From the sequence record NC_049462.1: a stretch of 64,000 bases of DNA; one strand, given 5' to 3'. This stretch comes from Klebsiella phage Magnus. A model generated the notes under the pieces. That model had not been told where the DNA came from. It made no database searches and saw nothing but the letters and a program-made list of their open reading frames with translations. How positions within the stretch are numbered: position 1 is the stretch's first letter; every line of letters starts with the position of its first letter. The position numbers were made by a program, and so were the translations under genes. Positions 19,243-27,971 of the stretch are shown piece by piece.

Positions 19243-19266
19243 AAGCCCCCAAAAGGGGGCTTTACT
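19243..19266 (+). terminator. Terminator hairpin aagcccccAAAAgggggctt
   Basis: 8-bp GC stem after nrdC stop. Confidence 0.6.
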
Positions 19267-19289
19267 TTTGAAAAAGCCAGACCTATACT
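19261..19289 (+). promoter_or_regulatory. Sigma70-like promoter TTTACT-17-TATACT
   Basis: Overlaps 3' arm of the terminator; 40 nt upstream of the next ATG. Confidence 0.4.
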
Positions 19290-19328
19290 TCCTGTACATA
19301 CCAAATATTGAATAGCAGGAACTACATC

Positions 19329-19784
19329 ATGTCGAACATCATCTTACGCAATCCCGGTCATCATTTTGGATACATCCAACTCCCGTTGGTCATCGACACT
19401 TTATACCCTGAAGACAAAGAACAGATTTGTTGGTCTCCAGCGGCCCTCATTGAACGAGAGATATTCAAATCAGAAGTGGATGTCATGTACCGGTTTGGGG
19501 AAACGGGCAAATTGCAATATATGGGCAAGGCCACCGAGTTGCGAACCACCAGAGAACAAAGATTTCTTCGTATTGATACGACAAATTGCGAATTCTTTGT
19601 TCTTCTGAAGGAATATGTGACACGGAATCGCCCGGTTTCCCAGCACCGCCCGTTCTTGTCAAGTGTGCATATTGACAACTTTATCTCTGATGTTCACCTT
19701 GTGGCTTCTACTCTTCACGATGAAGAAACTGGTGTACCAAAGGACACAGTCTTAAATATGGTTGTGATCACATTAGTGGAGTAA
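19329..19784 (+). CDS. Hypothetical protein
   Basis: ATG 19329 with AGGAA RBS. Confidence 0.4.
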   Translation: MSNIILRNPGHHFGYIQLPLVIDTLYPEDKEQICWSPAALIEREIFKSEVDVMYRFGETGKLQYMGKATELRTTREQRFLRIDTTNCEFFVLLKEYVTRNRPVSQHRPFLSSVHIDNFISDVHLVASTLHDEETGVPKDTVLNMVVITLVE

Positions 19785-19790
19785 GCCGCT

Positions 19791-20159
19791 ATGAGCGATT
19801 TAGTCTTGAATACCCAATTCCGTCTTCCTGTGGATTCTCTTGTCCCGTTTCAAATCATGAAACAGATGCTTGAAGAAGGCATGGAAGTTCCGTTAAAACA
19901 TAATGGACAAGATATCGGGCGCTGTATGAGTTGCTCATTTCAGGATGATGCGTATTGGGCAATGGACTATAATGCTCAAATGCCAATTGAGGCTAACACA
20001 CTCATGGAATTGGGTTTCATTTTCAAATTAAAACCACCAATCCGTTTATACGATATCAAGCCTGTAGTAATACAGATACCTGCTGGCAAATCAACTTACA
20101 TGTACTTGATATCGCATTTTATGTTTTATGACGTTGCGCCGTCAGTTGGTCCGTTGTAA
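19791..20159 (+). CDS. Hypothetical protein
   Basis: 122-aa ORF convergent with gp25 (18-nt 3' overlap). Confidence 0.35.
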   Translation: MSDLVLNTQFRLPVDSLVPFQIMKQMLEEGMEVPLKHNGQDIGRCMSCSFQDDAYWAMDYNAQMPIEANTLMELGFIFKLKPPIRLYDIKPVVIQIPAGKSTYMYLISHFMFYDVAPSVGPL

Positions 20160-20522
20160 CCAGATGGTGTCAGTAATCGGTTCAGGATCATTCACGACGT
20201 TAAACGTAATGGTGACTGCCAGGGAATGGTAGTCATCAGACAGAGATACTTCGACAGACTGTAGTTCTGCCCTCGGTTCATAAAGAGCAATAGCATCTTC
20301 AACTTTGTTCTTCACATCCACCTGAATAGTCGGCGTCGTGTTTTCCCCGAGCATCCCATAAAGGCCAGCACCCATATCTGGTAGAGTCCGCCATTCGCCT
20401 GCCGACGACATAACAATATTCCGGACAGACTGTAACACAGCCCATTTCCCAGATTTCATCGTGACGTCTTTGGTAACAGGATGCATCCCAAATTTTAGGT
20501 CCACATCTTTATAATCTTTCAT
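20142..20522 (-). CDS. gp25: Baseplate wedge protein gp25 (GPW/gp25 family)
   Basis: Collinear similarity to T4 gp25 core: ...LYEPRAELQSVEVSL...LAVTITFNVVNDPEPI (T4: YEPRIDKLAVNV...LIVEIRFSVIDNPDDI). Confidence 0.8.
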   Translation of the reverse strand: MKDYKDVDLKFGMHPVTKDVTMKSGKWAVLQSVRNIVMSSAGEWRTLPDMGAGLYGMLGENTTPTIQVDVKNKVEDAIALYEPRAELQSVEVSLSDDYHSLAVTITFNVVNDPEPITDTIWLQRTN

Positions 20523-20585
20523 GTTGAGGCTCCCTCAGCAGCACGGAGAGGCAGTATCCGCCTCTCCTGGTGTAATCGTATGGGG

Positions 20586-22196
20586 TTATTGGCTGGAACC
20601 AAAATTACCGCCATTGTCTTCCAGTTCTGGTTTGATATCGATAGTGCCCGGCCCTGTCGGTGACGCTGGGGTCGCACCACTAAGAGAACTGGCCCGGCCC
20701 GCGCCTTCGGCATATTTGATATTACCGTCGATGGTCTGGGCTACCGTCAATTTGTCAGCGATGATCTCGGACACGAGGATCTTAGGAACCTTCAACGTAC
20801 CTGACACTTCTAACATCTGACAAACGATACGGAAAATATTCTGCGCCTGGATTTCGGCAAGCTGAGAATATTTCATCAAAGATGTCCCGGCAACTACGTG
20901 TGAATGATTGCTGGAATGAAGATGATAAACTTCGCCTGTCTTGCGCTGAACTTCCGTCCCACCAACGGTCAGGTTATGGTCGCGACCGACGTAATACCTT
21001 TTGTCGAACATCGCAATATCATAGTGGTCTTTTACTGATTTATTGACCACGTCACCGTTCGGTAACATTTGTTTATAGGAACCTGACTGGTGCATCCAAT
21101 GAAGACGCTCACCGCCGGGCGTATCATCAACTTCCATAATATGTCCAGAACGGGAAGCCATAACATTGTTGTACGGATATACTGAGCCGCCAGCGGATGG
21201 AACAATAGTTTCGCCTGTGTTATCGATATCCTGTACGCGACCAGATGGTGGTGGTGTCTGCTGTACTTTTGGAGTACGATCAGGAATAGGCTCAGACCAT
21301 TTTCCATTCTGTTGCGCCGGGGATGCAGCAACTGTATTAGCCGGGCCGGGCCAACGATAACCCAAAACTGAAGAACGGCTGAAACGGCTGACCTTCACAC
21401 TGTCAGATTGGTTGCCCCCAAGGCACCACACATAATTCGCATCAAACTTCTGAACAAACGCCACATGCCCAAAAGTCGGGTTGTTCCCTCGACGGAAAAC
21501 GACCACTGCCCCATAACGGGGTTCAGACAAAGGAGAACCCCATTGAAGATATGAACGGGCCAAAGCAGATCGTGTAGATGTGAATCCAGCCTGGAGGAGA
21601 ACCCAACCAACGAATGCAGCACACCAACTCACTTCGTCTTCAGATGCTCCAAGAGAAGTGGTTTTGTGATATTCTACAATCCTTGGGTTGTTGTTGAATT
21701 TACCAGCATATTCCTTCACACCCAATTCGCCTCGAGCGACAGTCATCCATTTTTCAGGATCATACCCATCTTTGGGCGGCTCTGGGTCAGGTTGAGGTTC
21801 GTCTTCTATTTTTACAGGAACATCTGTAACAGCATTATATTTTTGACGTTCAATAGACTGCACAACCTGGCCGAGAGCCAACGGGTTGGTGTCAGAACCA
21901 TTAACCTGGTTGGCTGCTGGCCACACCCACGCTATTCTCAAATTCTGGTATGCTTCGTCAAGGGCGAACCCCATGACTTCACTGTTGACAGTAATACCAG
22001 TCGGAGACCAGCCTAAACCTGCCGAGGACGCATTTGTTGCAGGCATCATGAGCACAGCCCATGGTAACAGCTCAGTAGGCAGGAGAGTAGTGTCTTGGGT
22101 GTGTACGCCGTATACACGGACGGCAACGCGCCCGTTTTCTTCGGGATCATTCACGTCTTCAACGCGCCCATAAAACCAACGCATATTTTCTAACAT
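20586..22196 (-). CDS. gp5: gp5-like baseplate hub/cell-puncturing protein with N-terminal OB-fold and a CHAP/NlpC-P60-like peptidase domain (instead of T4 lysozyme domain)
   Basis: N-terminus NMRWFYGRVEDVNDPEENGRVAVRVYGVHTQD (gp5/VgrG OB-fold); central YAGKFNNNPRIVEYHKTTSLGASEDEVSWCAAFVGWVL...GAVVVFRRGNNPTFGHVAF (Cys...His peptidase-like, TIGR02594-type); track ORF starts at TTG 22208, first ATG 22196. Confidence 0.7.
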   Translation of the reverse strand: MLENMRWFYGRVEDVNDPEENGRVAVRVYGVHTQDTTLLPTELLPWAVLMMPATNASSAGLGWSPTGITVNSEVMGFALDEAYQNLRIAWVWPAANQVNGSDTNPLALGQVVQSIERQKYNAVTDVPVKIEDEPQPDPEPPKDGYDPEKWMTVARGELGVKEYAGKFNNNPRIVEYHKTTSLGASEDEVSWCAAFVGWVLLQAGFTSTRSALARSYLQWGSPLSEPRYGAVVVFRRGNNPTFGHVAFVQKFDANYVWCLGGNQSDSVKVSRFSRSSVLGYRWPGPANTVAASPAQQNGKWSEPIPDRTPKVQQTPPPSGRVQDIDNTGETIVPSAGGSVYPYNNVMASRSGHIMEVDDTPGGERLHWMHQSGSYKQMLPNGDVVNKSVKDHYDIAMFDKRYYVGRDHNLTVGGTEVQRKTGEVYHLHSSNHSHVVAGTSLMKYSQLAEIQAQNIFRIVCQMLEVSGTLKVPKILVSEIIADKLTVAQTIDGNIKYAEGAGRASSLSGATPASPTGPGTIDIKPELEDNGGNFGSSQ

Positions 22197-22229
22197 AGTG
22201 ATGTCCAAATGTGTAGAGGATGTTGAAGA

Positions 22230-22237
22230 TATTTATG
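22230..22237 (-). promoter_or_regulatory. T4-type late promoter (CATAAATA on minus strand) upstream of gp5-like gene
   Basis: Plus-strand TATTTATG at 22230-22237 = CATAAATA on coding strand, about 25 nt upstream of the start codon. Confidence 0.45.
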
Positions 22238-22528
22238 CTCTGTCGAATATAATATTATAGGATGCGTCAGCATCCGTTGTATTTGATTTATTTGTTTCAA
22301 CTCGCGTTGCTCGTGAAAGACCGTCTTACGCAGACAGCGCCCTTCCAATGCCAGGGAGGCATAAGGCGAGGAAACAACCATACAGCACAGAATGTCCGTA
22401 GAAAAACGATTTTTATTCCATCCTAAACATTCAATAGCTTAGAAGCCAGGAGTTTGTTCAGGAACAATGGCATTATAAGAAATTGCGTTCAAGAAACAAC
22501 AAATAGACCTGTAAAACAAATAAGCAAT

Positions 22529-22565
22529 AAAAACCCCGCTCATGCGGGGTTTTGGTTCTTTTTAG
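22529..22565. terminator. Bidirectional terminator hairpin aaaccccgcTCATgcggggttt flanked by A- and T-runs
   Basis: 9-bp stem; T-runs on both strands; lies in 490-bp non-coding gap. Confidence 0.6.
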
Positions 22566-22700
22566 CAAGACGAGCTTTCAATGTCTCTGTAAGCATATCA
22601 AGATGCCAGGGCATTAATTCGCTTATTTCAAATATGCTATAGCCTTGTGACTTCAATTCGTCACACATCACGAAGTAGGATAATAAATCAATTTCAAAAA

Positions 22701-23504
22701 TTAAATGAAAATCTCTTCAAGACTATTAAATTCGATCTTGTGCTCTTTACCGCAACCAGGACACTTAATCTTGGTTTCAAAATGAATGCGCGGTATTTTG
22801 GAAAAGAAATCGTCTTTAATTTTCTGGATAATATCCGTTTCCAGGTTATCGCCAACCCATTGTACAAACTCATCACGAGTTTTCTTACGAGCAACTGCTA
22901 CCTGAGGATCAATACCCGGTTCATTAGGGTCATCAAACCGCCAAACCTGACCGTCATCGTCATACAAACAATCGATGAATGTAGCAATGCTCTCTTCGAT
23001 AGAAACCACTTTCTGAAGCACTCCAGCATCAGAGAAGGATGGTTGACGCATCTTGATGTGATAGCCGCCCGGCAGGTCGAAGCATTCTGTAAACCCCTCG
23101 ACGCCCCGCGCCGCCACCTTGTCCAGAGGGATAGGCACAACGAGTTCTTGACCGCATGCTTCTAAATTGTCCCCAGGATAATCAGGATCAACAGAAGGAA
23201 CTTTGATCTGGTTGTTGCATTTGTACCGGATTTTCATTACTTCACCGATTGATATACAACGCATCCGAAGGAAAACTTCTTCTACAACACCGATCGGGAG
23301 TTTGGCAAATGGAACTCCAGCATCTACACAAGACGAAAATAATGATTCCATCGTTGCGATACGTTCATCATCAGGAGTGTTTGGGTCAGCCACCTGAAGT
23401 AAAGAAGTTTGTTGCCCCGCAGTAAACGCGCGATACTTGATGACAGTAGGCCAAAATTGGCTTTTGAGCGTTCTTTCTGTACGAGGCAATGATGGTAAAT
23501 TCAT
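22701..23504 (-). CDS. Hypothetical protein, possibly baseplate-associated (sits where T4 gp53 would be, upstream of gp5); C-terminal zinc ribbon
   Basis: 267 aa; C-terminal CPGCGKEH; same strand and upstream of gp5-like gene. Confidence 0.4.
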   Translation of the reverse strand: MNLPSLPRTERTLKSQFWPTVIKYRAFTAGQQTSLLQVADPNTPDDERIATMESLFSSCVDAGVPFAKLPIGVVEEVFLRMRCISIGEVMKIRYKCNNQIKVPSVDPDYPGDNLEACGQELVVPIPLDKVAARGVEGFTECFDLPGGYHIKMRQPSFSDAGVLQKVVSIEESIATFIDCLYDDDGQVWRFDDPNEPGIDPQVAVARKKTRDEFVQWVGDNLETDIIQKIKDDFFSKIPRIHFETKIKCPGCGKEHKIEFNSLEEIFI

Positions 23505-23549
23505 AATGTATCTCCACGGTATAATGTAGTCTTTTAATTAGGGGGATTT

Positions 23550-24131
23550 ATGGGTAGAAACACTGATGGTATTGTTTGTGGAGTAGGAATAAATGATTCA
23601 CAACAGAAGATTAGTGACATGCCGTCTGGGGTTCAAGTATACAACCGTTGGCGTCAAATGATTTATCGTTGTTATGACCCAGAATATCTGAAATCTTCAC
23701 CAACATATGCGGGGTGTTGGGTTTGTGAAGAGTGGCTAAGTTTTACAAATTTTTATCGTTGGTATATTAGTCATTATATGGTAGGTTATCATCTTGACAA
23801 GGATCTTTTGATTCCTGGTAATAGATGTTATTCCCCGGAAACTTGTATCTTTATTCCTCAATGGTTGAACTCATTCACTATAAATCGTAGTTCTAAACGC
23901 GGTTTATACCCAGTTGGGGTTTGTAAATTTGGAAACCGTTATAAATCTTATTGTAATGACCCTTTTACGGGAAAGCAACGATATATTGGGTATTTTTCTA
24001 CGCCGGAAGATGCACATCAGGCTTGGTTAGAAACTAAATTAAAATATTCTAAAGAACTAAAATCTTACATGGATGCCATAGATACACGTTTGTACCCCAA
24101 TGTGGTTGAAATTATAAAGAAAATGAAATAA
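23550..24131 (+). CDS. HNH (HNH_3) homing endonuclease with AP2 DNA-binding domain
   Basis: HNH_3 motif GYHLDKDLLIPGNRCYSPETCIFIPQWLN; AP2-like GVCKFGNRYKSYCNDPFTGKQRYIGYFSTPEDAHQAW; free-standing between structural genes. Confidence 0.65.
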   Translation: MGRNTDGIVCGVGINDSQQKISDMPSGVQVYNRWRQMIYRCYDPEYLKSSPTYAGCWVCEEWLSFTNFYRWYISHYMVGYHLDKDLLIPGNRCYSPETCIFIPQWLNSFTINRSSKRGLYPVGVCKFGNRYKSYCNDPFTGKQRYIGYFSTPEDAHQAWLETKLKYSKELKSYMDAIDTRLYPNVVEIIKKMK

Positions 24132-24140
24132 GGAACGAAA

Positions 24141-24671
24141 ATGCATGGTTTCTGTTTTAGCCAGATCGGAGAGCAATTGACAATACTTCATCCTGATGCT
24201 GGTACTGATTTCTATTTATTCCTGTCGGATTATGCGAGACATTTGGGTGTAGACACCATCGCGATGTCTAAAGATGATATGAAATTTGGTAAACTGGGAA
24301 CAAAAGATTTATTGAGATATGGATTTAATGTCATTGTCGTAGATCCTGTCTATAGTCCTATTCAGGATGAAGACGTTATACCCGTGGGTGTGCACAGGAA
24401 TATTGAAACATTACACAAATATTATCCCGATTGCATCGTGATCGGAGAGATCATTCCGTATTTTCATAAAAGAAGACGCCTTCAAACGATTAAAAGTTAT
24501 TTTCAAGAAGGCCAAGCGTCCGTTATTATGGATGTCCTCACAAGTGGTTGGGTTGTTAAAAGTACGACTGGCAATAGCCAACAAATCAATTCCCGTGTAT
24601 ATGAATATGTGAAAGAACGAGACTACGAACTGGAGAATAGTAATGCAAAACGAAAAACGCGCCGATCTTGA
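24141..24671 (+). CDS. Hypothetical protein
   Basis: 176 aa, basic C-terminus; no confident motif. Confidence 0.4.
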   Translation: MHGFCFSQIGEQLTILHPDAGTDFYLFLSDYARHLGVDTIAMSKDDMKFGKLGTKDLLRYGFNVIVVDPVYSPIQDEDVIPVGVHRNIETLHKYYPDCIVIGEIIPYFHKRRRLQTIKSYFQEGQASVIMDVLTSGWVVKSTTGNSQQINSRVYEYVKERDYELENSNAKRKTRRS

Positions 24672-25131
24672 GCAGTTGAAAACAGTTATCATCAATCGCC
24701 TAAAGGCCGTCGTCACCAACGATAAAGGTGAAGTCGCACCGGGGTTTGAAGGTATTTTCGATGAATTCCAAACCGACGACATGGGTAATCCGGTCATCCA
24801 AACCGTCGCCGGGATGATCATGATCGATAAAGAGATCCTGGAAAGCGGTTCTGTTCGTTATTCACCGAACATGGGTGTTGAAGCCGAATCCCTCTGTTCC
24901 GAAGTGATGGACATTAACGAAGCGATCAGTGAAATCGGGTACAAACTGCTTATCTGTACCGGCCATTACGTGGATCCTCAGGGGCAGATCGCTTATGGTG
25001 ACGAAGCACGTAAAGTGAAACGTCACGTTGAAACTAGTGTTCTGCTGAACACCATCCGTGAGATGCAGAAAGAGCAGGAAAGCGTCAAGCCGCGCCTGAT
25101 CCTGCCGGATAGCAAAATCGTCACCCGATAA
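24643..25131 (+). CDS. Hypothetical protein
   Basis: GGAG RBS 9 nt upstream; 29-nt overlap with upstream gene. Confidence 0.4.
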   Translation: MQNEKRADLEQLKTVIINRLKAVVTNDKGEVAPGFEGIFDEFQTDDMGNPVIQTVAGMIMIDKEILESGSVRYSPNMGVEAESLCSEVMDINEAISEIGYKLLICTGHYVDPQGQIAYGDEARKVKRHVETSVLLNTIREMQKEQESVKPRLILPDSKIVTR

Positions 25132-25169
25132 ATCGGTCTAAATACCCATAACACCAATGAAACTATGTT

Positions 25170-25781
25170 ATGGGTATTTTTATGAAATATTGCGGAATTG
25201 ACTACTCTTATGGTTGCCCAGCGATTTGTGTCTGGGACGACAAAGATCCTTTGGAATTTAATTCCCTTCGCTTCTATGCATATTACACGGTAGAAAAATA
25301 TTGTCGCCCTATTCGGCCGAACATCAGCATTATGAAGCAACCTGCATATTCCTCCCCTGAAGAAAGATTCTATAACATTTCCAAATGGGCAGAAGCTGTT
25401 CTTCTTACAGAGAAACCTGATTTCATAACCCTCGAGGGTTATGCGATGGGCAACTCTAAGAACTCCAATAATATATGCCAAACCGCTGAGAACACTTCTC
25501 TTTTGAAGCAAGCAATGCGCCGTAATAATATGGAATTCGAAATCATCACTCCTTCTTATACCAAAAAGAATTTCACAGGTAAGGGCACTGCTGACAAACT
25601 TGCTATGATAGCCCACTTCGAGAAGCTGTTCAACGTTAACATGCGCGGTATAATGGATATGTTGGAAGTTAAAGATCCGAAGCCAATCGATGATCTTGTC
25701 GATGGGTTTGCCAATATGGTAGGCGGTTCTGCTTTCAAAGAGAATCATCCCGAATTTAATTCTGAGGTGCACAATGGTTGA
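25170..25781 (+). CDS. RuvC-like Holliday junction resolvase (RNase H fold)
   Basis: RuvC motif order: CGIDYSYGCPA (Asp I), ITLEGYAMG (Glu II), IITPSYTKKNFTGKGTADKLAMIAHF, DDLVDGFANMV (Asp IV). Confidence 0.55.
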   Translation: MGIFMKYCGIDYSYGCPAICVWDDKDPLEFNSLRFYAYYTVEKYCRPIRPNISIMKQPAYSSPEERFYNISKWAEAVLLTEKPDFITLEGYAMGNSKNSNNICQTAENTSLLKQAMRRNNMEFEIITPSYTKKNFTGKGTADKLAMIAHFEKLFNVNMRGIMDMLEVKDPKPIDDLVDGFANMVGGSAFKENHPEFNSEVHNG

Positions 25782-26070
25782 TTATTGGTTATTGGCGAAT
25801 ATTATCACGTTCGCATTATTGATGGCGACGGCGTTCGTTTGGTTAAAGGCGATGCTGACATTCTTGTCTTCGTTGGCGATGCAAATATCGTATTATTCTG
25901 TGACACCGCATGAAGACCAGAATATTCGGGCTGCTCAACAGAGCGAATATCTGTCCAAATATGTTCATTTACGCGAACGCTCGGTCACAATCGTTTTGTT
26001 TTCCACAATGCTGTTTGCGGTTATCTTATTTGTACGATATGTAATGGAGGCCATCCATGCCGTTCTATGA
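25774..26070 (+). CDS. Small membrane protein (3 predicted TM helices)
   Basis: Hydrophobic segments WLLANIITFALLMATAFVWL, TIVLFSTMLFAVILFV; GAGGTG RBS. Confidence 0.45.
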   Translation: MVDYWLLANIITFALLMATAFVWLKAMLTFLSSLAMQISYYSVTPHEDQNIRAAQQSEYLSKYVHLRERSVTIVLFSTMLFAVILFVRYVMEAIHAVL

Positions 26071-26302
26071 TTATGCATGCAAAGGATGTGGTCATTTTTT
26101 CAGCCAGCGCAAGACCTGTGCTGAGCGCCATACTCCTGAACTTGATCCCTGCAGCGAATGTGGTGGTCAGATTTCTATGGTAATTGGCGCTCCAAAAATC
26201 GTTTCCGGTGTCCGTGGTCCTCAATCTGCTCCGGACGGGTTCAAAGATGTTCTTCGGCAGATCAAGAAGACATCGGGTAAGGGGAACACAATCGATGTCT
26301 GA
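26057..26302 (+). CDS. FmdB-family zinc-ribbon protein
   Basis: MPFYDYACKGCGHFF...CSECGG (CxxC...CxxC), N-terminal pattern typical of FmdB zinc ribbon. Confidence 0.55.
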   Translation: MPFYDYACKGCGHFFSQRKTCAERHTPELDPCSECGGQISMVIGAPKIVSGVRGPQSAPDGFKDVLRQIKKTSGKGNTIDV

Positions 26303-26537
26303 CGGACAAATCGCTCAGGTGTTGACGCCTGATTCATTTTCAGAGATGGTATTGATGCGCGCGCAGACCACCAGGGAAAGCCTCCTGGAAACAATGGCCA
26401 GCGTGTGCGAAGAGTATGATATCGAGGAATCTAAGATTCGCAAGATGATTACACCGCCTCTGTTATCCCGTTTAACAGCTGAGTGCGCTGATGCTCGTTT
26501 GTTGAAAGGTGAACTGAAATCCAAGAAAATTTTATAG
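26295..26537 (+). CDS. Hypothetical protein
   Basis: ATGTCTGA overlap with upstream gene. Confidence 0.35.
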   Translation: MSDGQIAQVLTPDSFSEMVLMRAQTTRESLLETMASVCEEYDIEESKIRKMITPPLLSRLTAECADARLLKGELKSKKIL

Positions 26538-26546
26538 GTTGTTAAA

Positions 26547-26786
26547 ATGACTAAAGAACAAGTCTACAAATTGATTAAGGCCCAAGGCTTCTTGCCTGGT
26601 GTTACCCGCTGGCGTGTGGGTAGTCTTAACGAGCACGAAGACCAAACTGACCGGATCAAATTCACGACTCCGGAAGGCGGTGTGTATGTTGTGGAATACC
26701 ACACTCACACCGATGCCAAACGCACTTTGTCTGACGTGTTCGATATTATTGAGATTAACCCGAAAGAACAAATACTTCGCGGTTAA
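26547..26786 (+). CDS. Hypothetical protein
   Basis: 79-aa ORF preceding terminator/promoter hairpin at 26801-26820. Confidence 0.4.
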   Translation: MTKEQVYKLIKAQGFLPGVTRWRVGSLNEHEDQTDRIKFTTPEGGVYVVEYHTHTDAKRTLSDVFDIIEINPKEQILRG

Positions 26787-26800
26787 ATCAATCAAATATG

Positions 26801-26820
26801 CGGGGGTATAATTACTCCCG
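26801..26820 (+). terminator. Hairpin gcgggggTATAATtactcccgc (terminator with embedded -10 hexamer)
   Basis: GC stem, TATAAT in loop/3' arm; precedes gp32. Confidence 0.4.
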
Positions 26821-26882
26821 CTGTGAAAGAAATATTGTGTACAGAATAGCCCCCTGGGGCGATACTATCGAGGAAAGAAAGA

Positions 26883-27929
26883 ATGTCTAGCTTATTTGAT
26901 CGTCTGAAGCAATCCCGTGGTCAGCAATCTGACGCTCTGCAAAAACGTCTGGAACAACAGGGCCAGCGTTCGGCTGCAGCAAAGGATCCGCGTATCTGGA
27001 AATGGACCTGGAACAAGGAAGGTATTTCCGAAAACATCATCCGTTTTCTCCCTATCCCGCTGGTAGATCTGAAAGCACAGGAAGAAGGCAAGATCGATGC
27101 TGAGCAGATTCTTACTCCGGTTGCGATGATCATGCGTCATTCCTTCCAAGGTAAGGGCGGCTGGTACATCGAAAACTCTCCTCAGACCTTCGGCCACGAA
27201 GATCCGGTGCGTGATCATGATCGCCCGCTGTGGGCGCAACAAAAAGAGACCAACGACGAAAAACTGAAAGAAGTTCTCAAAGGTCGTCTCCCGAACACCA
27301 AGTATTATGCCAACATTCTGGTGATCAAGGATGTTAACTCCCCAGAAAACAACGGCAAAGTATTCCTGCTGGAATTCGGCCCGGCGATTAAGAAATTTTT
27401 AGACGCGGCCCAGAACCCGAAATTCGCTACTGATCCGAAGTTTGATCCGTTTGATATGTGGGGCGGCGCCAACCTGATTCTTAACCTGGTTGGTGAGAAA
27501 CGCAAATTCGGAAATTGGGAAGGTCTCGTCCCACTAATGGATAACGTGAAATGGGATGCGGTTTCTTCCCTGGGCGGCGAAGGTGAAGAAGGCGATAAGT
27601 ACAAAGAAGACATCTGGGAAAAAGAACACAGCCTGTTTGAGTTCTTCAACCCGGCCAACTTCAAATCGTACGAAGAACTGGAAAAGCGTCTGCGTAAAGC
27701 CCTGGCTATCCCGGACAGCCAGCCACTGGTAGAAAGTGGTGCAGCAACTGTCGCTACGGCTCCGGTACATCAGGAACCGCAACGCCCGACGGCTCAGGAT
27801 AGCCTGAACCAGCAGCAGTCTCAGCCGTCGCAAGCGCAGCAGAGCGTTCAGACTCCTTCTTCTACTGGCGCTGATGCTAAGCATACATCGTCTCTGGACG
27901 AGTTCGAGCAATTCCTGAAACGTGAATAA
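26883..27929 (+). CDS. gp32: Single-stranded DNA-binding protein gp32
   Basis: Collinear with T4 gp32: IIRFLPIP..., ANILVIKDVNSPENNGKVFLLEFGPAIKKF (T4: [30 protein letters not shown]), acidic Ser/Gln-rich C-terminal tail; GAGGAAAG RBS. Confidence 0.85.
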   Translation: MSSLFDRLKQSRGQQSDALQKRLEQQGQRSAAAKDPRIWKWTWNKEGISENIIRFLPIPLVDLKAQEEGKIDAEQILTPVAMIMRHSFQGKGGWYIENSPQTFGHEDPVRDHDRPLWAQQKETNDEKLKEVLKGRLPNTKYYANILVIKDVNSPENNGKVFLLEFGPAIKKFLDAAQNPKFATDPKFDPFDMWGGANLILNLVGEKRKFGNWEGLVPLMDNVKWDAVSSLGGEGEEGDKYKEDIWEKEHSLFEFFNPANFKSYEELEKRLRKALAIPDSQPLVESGAATVATAPVHQEPQRPTAQDSLNQQQSQPSQAQQSVQTPSSTGADAKHTSSLDEFEQFLKRE

Positions 27930-27936
27930 CAACACA

Positions 27937-27958
27937 AAGCCCCTTCGGGGGCTTTATT
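27937..27958 (+). terminator. Terminator hairpin aagccccTTCGggggctt
   Basis: GC stem with TTCG loop after gp32 stop. Confidence 0.6.
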
Positions 27959-27971
27959 GAGATCCTATATC

